Origin: an uncultured Clostridia bacterium
Lineage (GTDB): Bacteria; Bacillota; Clostridia; Christensenellales; UBA1242
Assembly (NCBI GenBank): GCA_937893125.1
Contig: CALBHW010000037.1
Span: forward strand, 1,533-65,532
Direction: 5' to 3'
DNA: 64,000 nucleotides
Shown: positions 34,401 through 46,400 of the stretch, piece by piece
Layout: each line of letters starts with the position of its first letter
Position numbering within the stretch: position 1 is the first letter of the stretch
Translations under genes and position numbers: made by a program
The notes under the pieces: generated by a model
What the model saw: the letters and a program-made list of their open reading frames with translations, nothing else
Databases searched by the model: none
What the model was told of the DNA's origin: nothing

Positions 34401-37400
34401 AAGCGGAATTACTTTCATTGGGAATGAAGCCTTTAAAGACTGCATTAAATTATCATTCTTGCGTGGAACGGGAAGTGCAAAAATTGATTTGTCGCAAGTT
34501 ACAACTATCGGCGACAGTGCCTTTGAAAACTGCGCAAGTTTGACTGGAAGTGTAGATTTTACTCAAGTATCGTCAATTGGAAAATATGCCTTCCTTGGAA
34601 CAAACATTGAAGAAGTTGTTTTAACAAGGAAAACTTCTCAATTTGGCTACAACTTTAATTCTAGCCTAAGTATAGGCGAGTTTACGGCGTTTTATGGCGC
34701 GACAAGTTTAAAAAATGCTTATGTTTATTCGACAAATGCTCTTGACGCGGTCATAAATAACACAGGAATTAAAGGTGGCGAAAACAAAATCGGCACAATC
34801 TATGTTGATGTCAATTTCTACACTGTCTTGACTCACCTTAGTGACATCACTAGACGCGACAACTATTTTAGTTACAACATCGTTGTCTATGATAGGATAG
34901 AACTTCTTGACGCTGACAATATCGTTGGATATTATGATGACCTTCAAGGCGCGATTGATAGCGCGAAAAATGGTCAAAAGATTGTTATAAAAACGGACAT
35001 CGTCATTGAAGAAACAATAGAAATTAACAAAAATATTACAATTGTCGGCGGATTTAGAAAAGTTGACCCAAGCGACGAAAGTTACAAATATACACTTTCA
35101 AGGTCGTCTGTTACACTTACAATTGATGACGCGCTTACGGATAAAGTGGTCTTTGCAGTGACAGCAAACGACGCTGAAATCGGGACAAAACTTGACATCG
35201 ACGGCATTATCGACGCACAAATTGTTGTTTATTCGCTATTTACTAGGTCGGCAAGCGTAATTTCTCTAAATAATGGCGGACTTATACTTGGCGAAAACTT
35301 TGTGGCAAGTGGAATAACGGCAAACGAAAGCACTTATGGCGCGATTTTGAGCGTTAGAGAACATTCAACTCTATTTATAAACGGCGCAACATTGACAAAA
35401 AATAGAGCGGGCTACGGCGGTGCAATTTATGTGCAAGATTCAAATGTTTCTATTACATCTTCAAACATTTCAAACAACACGGCTGACGAAAATGGTGGGG
35501 CTATCTATGTTAAGGGCGCGGGTAGACTCGTAATTGAAAAATCTTCTAACCCAACTATTATGTCGCACAACATAGCGGGTGCAAAAGGTGGCGCGATATT
35601 TATTTCGTCGACGATTGTGGACGCAAATTATGCGTCGACTCTTGATAACGGCAAAATTTTTGATAACGAAGCAACTCTTGGCGGTGCGATTTACATTGAA
35701 AGTGGACTTCTTGCAATTGCGGACGACAGTGTCACGATTTCAAACAACACGGCAATTTCGGGTGGTGCGTTATATGCTGAAAGTGGAACGATTTTACTTT
35801 CTTGTGGCGTTATAGGTGGCGTCGAAGCGTCTCCACTGGGGCTTGAAAACAAAGGTAATAGTGCAACTGAACAAGGTGGCGCAATTTATATCGGAAAAGA
35901 AGCAACTCTTAATATGGAAGGTGGCGAAGTGTCGTTAGGCAAGAGTAAACTTGGCTCTAACATATATATTTCGTCAAATAAAACAAGCGAAATTTCATCA
36001 GGCACAATTGAAAGTGGATATATGGATGATTTGACAAACACGCGCGGTGGTGGAATTTATCTTGACACTGGAACGCTTGTTTTGTTGGATAATGCAACGA
36101 TTTCTAAAAATAAAGCGTATTTCGGTGGCGGAATTTTTGTTGGGCGCGGAACACTTCAAGTTAATTTCATTTTAGAAGGCGCTGGAATAACTAACAACTT
36201 TGCAACATTTGGTGGTGGGCTTTATGTTGATAGCGGGATTGTTAGGTTGGTTGGTGCAAGACTTTCACAAAACAAAGCTCAAAACGGTGGCGGAATTTAT
36301 GCAAAAGGTGGCGAAATTTCGACAAGTTCAGTAAGTGAAAGCGTTATAGATGACAACTGGGCAATTTTGGGTGGTGGACTTTATATTTTAGGTCAAGCAA
36401 ATGTTGACTTAAAGGCAACCACTATTTCAAATAATAAGGCAAAAGTAATTGACGGTGTTGAGTTAACAGATGAAAGCGAATTTAACGGCGCGGGTATCTA
36501 TTTTGAAGACGGAAAACTTAGTTTGTACAATGTAAGTGTTTTAAGTAATAGCGCACAAACTTCTGGTGGTGGACTTTATGTTGGCACTCAAAAGTCGACT
36601 AAGTCATCAACCATTTCAATTAGCGGAAAGACAATTTTCACCCAAAATACGGCAAATGTAAGCGGTGGTGGACTTTATGTCGATAGGACGCTTAACATTC
36701 TTCAAGCGGAGTTCCTTGCTAACGGTCAAGTAGAAGGAATGCTTGGTGGCGCTATGTATGTTGGCAAAAATTCTGTCTTGACTCTTGATAATGTAAGAGT
36801 TTCGACGAAAAATAGTAGTGTAAATAACCAAACAATGGGCATTTACCTTGAAGAAGGCGGAAAATCTAACGCGTTTATAGTTTCAAGCAAGACAGTAATT
36901 GACAAACAAAACACATTTGTTTATCTTAGCCACGGCTCAATTGTGAGAATCAACGAAAAAGGTTCAAAAGATAATCAAATCAAGTTGTATAGCGAAGACT
37001 TTAACAACATAAAAACAATGGACGACCGTGTTCGTGTGGCGGAGTTTACAAAGAGTGCGTACGCAATATCGGGCAAGTTCTACGCAAGGTCAACAGCGTT
37101 CTTGCAAGAAAAAACGACAATTTACGCAGTTATTGCGACGGTTGTTGAAACAAAGAGAACAGGTAGCACGGGTGACGCTGACCAAACGAATTACTCGACT
37201 TTGCGTGAAGCAATTTTGCAATGCGAAGATGACGCCCTTTTAAGCGTGTTTAGGACACAAACTGTTACAAGTGCAATTTACATTCCAAGGAACAAAACAG
37301 CGACGGTTGTTGTAAACGACAATGAGTTTGAAAGCGTCTTAATTGAAAGGGCTGAAAGTTATCTAGGATATATGTTTGTTGTTTATGGCACATTAAACCT

Positions 37401-40400
37401 TAATGACGGAAGGTCAACTACTCTTACAATTAACGGCAAAAATGTCACTGGTGGCGCGTCGGCGATGTTTGTTGGCGAAACAGGCACGCTAAATATCAAC
37501 AAAAATGTTGAAATTGTTAATAACTATGCGTCAGCGGACAGGGGAACACTTGTTGAAAACTTGTCAAAAGGTGAAACTATTAGAATTGAAGATTCCAATT
37601 GTGGTGGCGCTATTTATATCCGTGGTGGTGTCGTCAATATGGCGTCTGGAAACCTCGTTAACAACTCGGCAAAAAATAGCGGTGGCGCAGTTTATGTCGC
37701 AAGCGGAACATTTACTATGACGGGTGGAAACATTGGCGAAGAAGGAAATGGAAATACTGCAACATATGGTGGCGGTATATCAGCAATTAGTGGTGAAGTC
37801 GTTTTGGACGGCGAAACTGTGATTGTTAAGTGCAACACTTCAGAATTTGGTGGTGGACTCTACATTGGAACGCAAGGTAAACTTCGTATTTTGAAAGCCA
37901 CTATTCAAAATAACAGCGCAACAAATGGTGGCGGACTATACCTATCGTCGTCACTTAGTGGCGTAAGTTATGATGCGATGTTAGCAAAGGTAACTTATAA
38001 CACAGCGACGGGTTATGGCGGTGGATTGTACATTAAAAGTGGCATTCTTGGTTCGACAAACTTAGAATGGTTAAATGCTTCTATTGAAATTTCAAACAAC
38101 TCCGCAACAAGTGGTGGCGGACTGTATGTGGTAAATAACGGTAGTGTCAACCTATACAAGGCTACAATCTCAAATAACTATGCAACTTTGTCGGGCGCGG
38201 GCGGATATTTTGATAGTAAACTTACAAGCACATTCACAAACTCGACAATCTCTGATAATGGCAAAGAAAATGGGCTCGGCGGTGAAGTGACTGAGTTTGG
38301 TGGCGGATTGTACATTCTTGGCGGAACGGTCAACTTTAATAAGGACGGCGATTTCGTATCTGAAATTAAATCTAACTACGCGTTAAATGGCGCTGGTATT
38401 TATGTCACGAATGATGGTATTTTTGTAAGCACAGGCGAAGCAAGGATTTCAAGCAACATTGCAAGCGAAAACGGTGGCGGAATTTTTGTTAACTTAACAA
38501 CAGGCAAAGTTGAACTTGTAGGAACAATTCTTTCACAAAATAAAGCGACTTTGAGTGGTGGCGGAATTTATGTGGAAAAAGGTAATTTAATATTTAGTTC
38601 CACTGCTGGTGAACACACGGAAGGCAACCTAGAAGAAAACTCTGCGGGCGAAAATGGCGGTGGACTGTACATCGGTGGCGGACGCGTGACCTTAAATGAC
38701 CTTATCATTCAAAAGAATAGAGTAAGTGACGGCTACGGTGGCGGAATGTATGTCGCTGGCGGAGAATATGTTGATATGACTTCTTGTGTCATAGTTGACA
38801 ACAAGGTTACAAAAGCGGGCGTTACTGACGGCTACGGCATTGCACTTAGTGGTGGGCTTTTAAGGCTCCTTGGGCGTAATGTTATTCATAACAACGCGAC
38901 AATTTACAAGGAAAATGCAACTACAAATTCGCGCGAAGGCTCGATTTTGATTATGGGCGAAACAACCGATACAAATGGCGTTATGCTTTCAGGTTACATT
39001 GATTCGCTTTATGACCAATTCTATTTGTTTAGCAAAAACAGTTATCTTTTGACCAATCTCGGAACAGGCAAAGAAGGCGTCGACGAGATTCTGAACAAAG
39101 AAAGCGCAAGCGGACTTAGCGTCAAAATTAAAGTTGGTCAAGGCTTAACTACGAAAAAAGCGTATGGTGACAAGGCTGTCAAATTTAGTAGTGCTGACGG
39201 CGCGAAAAAGTATCTTGACCAAAAATGGTTTGAAATTCCTATTGAAAGTGGAATGATTTTGGCGTCAATTATTGAGGACGGAAGAAGTTACATTGTTGTT
39301 GAAAGACAATATTTCCAAGTCTTTGCATACAAAGAAGGCGACAAAATAAATGTACTTGGCGCATATATGGAACTTCAAGAAGCGCTTAATAACTTAGCGC
39401 AACTCAAAGACAAAACGGATAGAGGCTATCTCATCATTGCAAATTATGGTGCGGACACCTACTACATTAAAAATATAATAAATATTTCATCTACAACTGT
39501 TGGCGATGTGGGAAATATGCCTATTACAATCACTTCAAATCAAAGAAACTTAAACATTGCAAGAAATGGCGAGTTTAAGGACTATATGTTTGTAATTGAA
39601 AGTGGATATGAAGTAATACTTGGTGCGAACATAGAAAATTTCAGTGATGTATATGATATCTATTCTCTTGATTTTGTGGAAGACAGTTTAAGACCTTATT
39701 TGACCTTGAAAGGTTCAAGTGATAGCGAAAGTGGACTTATTAAAAATTCAGGAAAATTAACCCTTAGTTACGCTTCAAAACTTACAAATGAAACAACGAC
39801 TCGTGACGGCGCGGGCGTACTAAGCGAAGGTGAACTTATTTTAAGCGGTGGCGTAATAAGTGAAAATAGAGCAACAAACGGTGGCGCAATTTATGTTAAA
39901 TCTGGCACATTTACAATGGTCGACGGCTCAGTTTATTTGAATACTGCAACGAATGGTGGCGCGATATACGTTGGAAAGAACGGCGTTGCGACAATTGAAA
40001 AGGGTGAAATCGGAAGTTCAATTGTAAGCAGGGCTAATACAGCTGTAAACGGTGGCGGAATTTATGTCGGTGGCGGAAAACTTGAAATAAAGGGCGTTCA
40101 ATTACTAAACAACAAAGCGACGAATGGTGGCGCGATGTTTATTGCTCCTGAAATTGTCGAAAGTGTGTCCTATCACCCAGAAGTTAAGATAAGTAGCAAA
40201 AAAGTTTTGGGAACGGACTCTGTTTTGATTGCAAATAACAGTGCTGATAATTACGGCGGAGCGATTTATGTTGAAGATAATTACAACACGGAAACAGATG
40301 ATAAGACCCTCACAATTGACGGCGGAATTATTCAATACAACAAAGCAAAAGCGGGCGGGGCAATATTTATTGCGACCGTTCACGGCACGGCGGATGAAAA

Positions 40401-43400
40401 GTCGTACACTGGGGCACTTAAATTCTCCGAGTCAGGCACGAAAAGGAAAGTTTATGGCGTAAATGTCTCTATTTTAAGTGGAACAATTTTTGGAAATAGT
40501 GCTAATCGTGACCAAGGTCACGAAGAAGATACTCTAAAGGTAAAATCTGGTGACGGCGGACAAATTTACGCATTTGGTGGCAACCTAGTAGTACAAGGTG
40601 GCGACATAACTGGAACTGGCGCGTATCTTGCTATCGACGGTGGTGCAATTTACCTAAACGACTCCAAAGCGACCATTTATGGCGGTGAGATTAAGAGTAA
40701 CAAGGTTTCGAACAACGCGGGCGCAATTTATGTTGATAAAAATTCGTCGTTAACACTTGACGGCGACGAGACGGGAGTGTATATAACTTCAAACAGTGCA
40801 TACGCAAATGGTGGCGCGATTTATCAAGAAAAAGGCGAAGTTGAAACAAAAGTTATTAGCGGTGGCGAAACGGTGACCGAAAAAGTCATTACAAGTGGTG
40901 TTATAAGGATAATCGCGGTGACACTTCGCGCAAACGAAGTCGAAACGGGAAATGGAAAAGGTGTTTATGTTAACACAATTGGCAAAGATTTCATTATCGG
41001 GCGCGGAAAAACGGACGACGGGATTGAAATGTTGTCTAATAATTTGACGATTTCCGACGAGTTGTATCTTGCAAATAAGAGCATTGTCTATGTTGACGGA
41101 CTATACAATCCAAGTTACATTAGAACAAACAAAACAATTCCACTTAGAATTGGATTTAGGTCAAACGACTACGTAAATAGTGACGGCAGTCGAAATATCG
41201 TTGCGGAATACACAAACGAAATTACGGGTTCAGCAATTTTTGAGTCTGTTGACGCGGGACTTTTCTCTGGTATAGGATTTGACGGGCAAGATTGTATGTT
41301 CTGCATTGTAGACAAATACAAGGTTGCGGTCGGAAAGGCAAACTTTGCAGTAAAATATGGCACTGGCGCTATAAAATATTTCGAAAGTTTTAGAAATGCT
41401 TTGTACAGCGTGCGTGTGGATGCTGAAAATCCAAATATTTCGACGGCAACAGTTTACTACTTGGTTGACGACATCGAAAAATATGTCATTAACGAAGAAA
41501 TAACTTTGACGGACGGCGTTGAAACTACGGTGACATCTGGTGTTCTTATCAAAAATGATGACGGTTCAAAGACTGTTAGCAAAATTGAAAAACGACTTGA
41601 AATGAAGGTCAAAACTATTGGCGGAAGTTTAATTACGATTAAGGCAAACGACGATGACGATTCGAAGGCTCCAAATATAACATTTGAAAATATTACGATT
41701 TCGGGTGCGGAAAGACCTACAAATCCAAAGGCGTTTAACTTGTTTGCGCTTCACAGTGGAACATTGACGCTACAAGATACAATTCTTTCTAGCATTTATA
41801 GTAGCGCGCAAGGTGGCGTAGTGAAGGTTCTTGGCGGAAATCTTGTAATGAGTTCGACAAAAGAAGTCGGAACACAAATTACGGGTAGCAAGTCAAGTGA
41901 CGGCGTTTTGTTTGTCTCAAACGGAACAGTTAAAATAATGGGTGCTAACGAAACTTCACAAGTTCAATTTATTGGAAATACGACTTCTTATGGCGCGTTG
42001 TATGTTGAGTCGGGCGAAGTCGAAGCGGAATATGTCACATTTAGTGGAAATATTGCAGACTTTGGTGGAGCGGTGTATCTAGCAAAACGCGAAACGAAAG
42101 ACGGTGAGGAAGTTGCATTTAAAGTCTCGTTTAAGAATGCGACATTCGAAGAAAACAGCGCAAAACAAAATGGTGGCGCAGTTTATGTGTCGAGTGTTTC
42201 TAGTGCAACATTTGAAAATGCAGAATTTATAAAGAACTCTGCATCTGGCAACGGCGGTGCGTTGTATCTAGAAAACGATGTCAAATTTAGTGACACGAAC
42301 ATTTCAAACGGCAACGCAAATTACGGTGGCGGAATCTATATGACGAGCGACGCGGACAGTTTAAGTGGTGTCACAATGTTAGGGAATAGAGCGGTTTATG
42401 GCGGTGGTTTGGCGGTTGTTAGCGTAAATGAAGGTTTAACCGTGTCAATTTACAATGCTACATTAAACGGCAATAAACTTAAAGCAAACGCTGAAAATGC
42501 TTCATATGGTGCAAATGTGTATATTGCAAATTCAACTTGCAACTTTGGCGCGAACGTCGTAATCCAAAACGGCACAAGAATGGACGGAAATAGAAATGAC
42601 GCTCTTGGCGGTGGCGTGTATATGACGGCGAGTACGCTTGTAGTTGACGGCGCTGGAACCATTATCGAAGGAAACAAAGCGACAAATGGTGGCGGTATTT
42701 ATGCGGACACGGGAAGTGTTTTGACTATCTATAACGCTTCAATTTCTGGTAACGATGTCGAAAGTGGTCTTGGTGGTGGAATTTACTTTAATGGTGAAAA
42801 ACTTAATGTGGATAAGGGCGCGGAAATTGGGAAATCAGACAACGGAAACAAAGCGCGTCTAGGTGCTGGCGTTTACATCGCAAGCGGAAATGTTGTTGTT
42901 GGGAACATAGATGCATCTGGCTCTGGAGAAGCAACGATTGGTTATAACATAGCAAGCGAAAATGGTGGTGGCGTTTACTTTGAAACGGGCAACCTTACAA
43001 TTGCAGGTTATGCTTACATTGTTGGAAATAAAGCATCAAAGAGCGGTGGCGGTGTGTACGCGACTCAATCTTTCAAGATGACTGGTGGAGAAATCGGAAC
43101 AACTGAATCTACAGATAATGCAAACACGGCTTCGTTTGGTGGCGGTGTTTATGTGGAAAGTGGCTTTACATTTATGGCGGGTTCAATTGCTGGAAACAAA
43201 GCAAACGCGACAAGAAGCGTCGGCGAATCAATAAATGGTATGGGTGGCGGTGTTTATGTTTTAAGTGGCACATTTAGTATGGGCGAAGCTACTGATAGGC
43301 CTAGTGGAAACCCAACAATCGACTCTAACACGGCAAGGCTCGGTGGCGGAATTTATGTCAATAGTGATGGAAAGAGTGTCAATACAAGTGACACGCCAAA

Positions 43401-46400
43401 TGTTAATTTGTATAAAGGTTCTCTAATTAACAACACTGCGGACTACAAGTACACAGAAGCTATCGGCGAAAAAGAAGTTGAATTCCACGAAGGTAGTGGT
43501 GGCGGACTTTACATCTCTTATAGGTCAGAAAGTGACGAAGGGAATTCCGTTTGTATAGGGTACAACGAAGGGAAAACTGAAAATATTGTAATCTCTGGCA
43601 ACATTGCATATGACGACGGCGGTGCGATTTACTCGGGTGCTTCACTTAAAATTATGAACACAAAAGTAGGTGCTGGTGATTCTGCGGTCGGTGCGCGTAG
43701 CAAGAGTTCAAACTATGCGGGTAGTCGCGGTGGTGGAATTTATGTCGCGGGTGGCAAGTTGCAAATGAGTGATTCTACAATTTACAACAGCGTTGCACCT
43801 TATGGTGGCGGACTCTATATAAGTAATCTTGACAACCCAAATAGTGAAGGCAACAAAAACTTCATTGAAGGTGTTACATTTGATAAGAACACTGCTGGAA
43901 AGACGAAAGATTTTGAACGCAAAGAAGGTACCTCTTCAATTATTGCAGGTGATTACCACGGCGGTGCAATGTATCTTGCAAATGGACCTTTGACATTTAA
44001 TGGCGTCACATTTACAAGTAATCAAGCGACCTATGGTGGCGGAATGTACATCAATAGAAGCGGGACGTCGGAATTTAAGATTACAAATTCAAAATTCGAA
44101 GGAAATAAAGCGGTTGCTTCAAGTAAAGACGAAGAGCCTAGCGGTTTTGGTGGCGCTATCCACATTCAAAACGGAAATGTTAGAATTACATCTTCTTTGT
44201 TTGGTCAAGATATCAATAACAAAGGTCAAAAAATCGGCAATCCAAATACCGCTAACTATGGTGGCGCGATTTCGTTAAAACAAGGCACTTTGCTTATTGG
44301 TGAAATTGTAAGCGGAACAGAAGGTAGCGTTGACACTAAGAATGTTACATTTAGGTCAAATACTGCATCAATAGACGGTGGAGCGTTGTACCTTGACGGC
44401 ACATCTGGTAGACAAAGTTCAAAGACTATTCTCAATAATGTTTTGTTTGACGGCAATACAGCAACAAGTGGCAAGGGCGGTGCAATTGCTTCATATTCGT
44501 ACTTTGAAGTAAATAGCACAACATTTGCGTCAAATAGAGCAAGCAATGGTGGTGCTGTTTATGTTGGAGCACAAGGCACATATGATGAGGCAGGGAAAAG
44601 TTACACAGACCTTAGAAAAGGCGAAGGACATTTTAAAACGGGCATAATGACTGGAAACTCTGCAACAAATGGTGGCGCTATATATGTTGATGATTTATAT
44701 AAAGACGAAGCAGGTTTGATTTTAAAACACAAAAAGTCGCCAGATTACATTCAAGAATTGGCAAGCAGAACAAGCAATTCGGGTAATGATGGATTTGTTA
44801 CTTATGTTGTAATTTCAGAAGGCTTTGGTAGTACGCAAGAGAAAGACCCACGCATAGCAATTTATGGAAACCGTGCAGACAAAAATGGTGGCGCGATATA
44901 TGCAAATAATGGGGTTGTTAACAATTCGACTAATATTGTAAATAACTCGGCGAAACAAAATGGTGGCGGACTTGCAATTATGAGTGCATATTTCATTCAA
45001 GAAAAGGGTGCAATAAGCAACAATACTGCAAGTAATGGCGGTGGCGTCTATATGGATAAAGTGGAAGAAAAGGACTCCTCAAACGCCACAAAGACATATT
45101 ATGGCGTTTTAAGCCTTAATACATCGTCGTGCGAAGTTTCAAACAATAATGCAGAGAAAATTGAAAAAGATACGGAGAACAAAACTGGATACGGTGGCGG
45201 AATTTTCGGCGCTGGAAAGCTTGCTGGTAGTGGATTTATTCAAAATAACACGGCAACAAACGGTGGCGGACTTGCAACAAATGGCAACTTCGACGCAAGT
45301 GAGTTTATTGGCACAATTGGTATTAACTCGTATGAAAATGAATATTCAAGCTGGCTCGCGATTGAAACTGCAAGTAACAAAAGTACGACTTATACTTACG
45401 AGTACTCAAATGGTGAAAAAGTCACACTTCCACTATTTAGCAACAATGCAACAAATGGTGGTGCTATCTATGTTTCAGTTGGAGATGTAACATTTGGTGG
45501 AAGTATTTTAGGTAACTATGCTACAAACGGTGGCGGTGTATATATCGCGTCAGGAACATTTGCTTTTGGACTTGAAAGTCGAGCAATGTACATTGCAAGA
45601 AACTATGCTACAAATGGTGGTGGCGTGTATATGGCTGGCGGAAAGTTTACACTAAACAAAGGCTCAGTCATCGGTTCGACAAAAGTAAACAGTAGCAATT
45701 CTGATGAAATGATGAATGCACCAGCGCCTAATATCGCACGAGACAGCGGTGGTGGAATTTATGCAATAGGTGGCGAAATACAACTTAAAGGCTATGTTTC
45801 GTACAATAGAGCATTAAATGAAGAAGGAAATGCAGGTGGCGTTTATTGCAAAGACACAAATCTTACACTTGATGGAAGTGAAGCGCAAATTTCCCACAAC
45901 GAAAGCGCAGGAAAGGTCGGAGGCTTGTATTTCTCGGCTGGTAGTGGATTGCGTACATTAACATTAAACAATCGTGCTGTTATAAGTAAAAATACGGCTA
46001 AAAAGGAACACAAGGACTTACTTGAATACATTTCAATTAAAGCAAACGATGAAGGAGAAAAGAAATCTCCATATGTTAATGAAGTGTATATGGACGGAAA
46101 TAGTGAATTAAAGGTATTAAATCACAGCGTTTTGGGTGCGAACCAAAATAACTTCACGGACGGAACGGCATATTATTCATTGTCATTATATTGGTATTAT
46201 ACGGGGACAAAGGAGACAATTAACTTTGACAGCTGTATAGATAGTTATGGTTCCGTTAAGGGTGATATTTATCTTAGAACGGACGGGGATAAGGTAATAG
46301 AGTTTGATACAAAGATGTTCGAAGTCGACTATAACCCTGGTCAGGAAGACAAAGAAACTGGAAACGAAAGGTCAAGCGGTTTTGTTAAAGGTAATTATGT

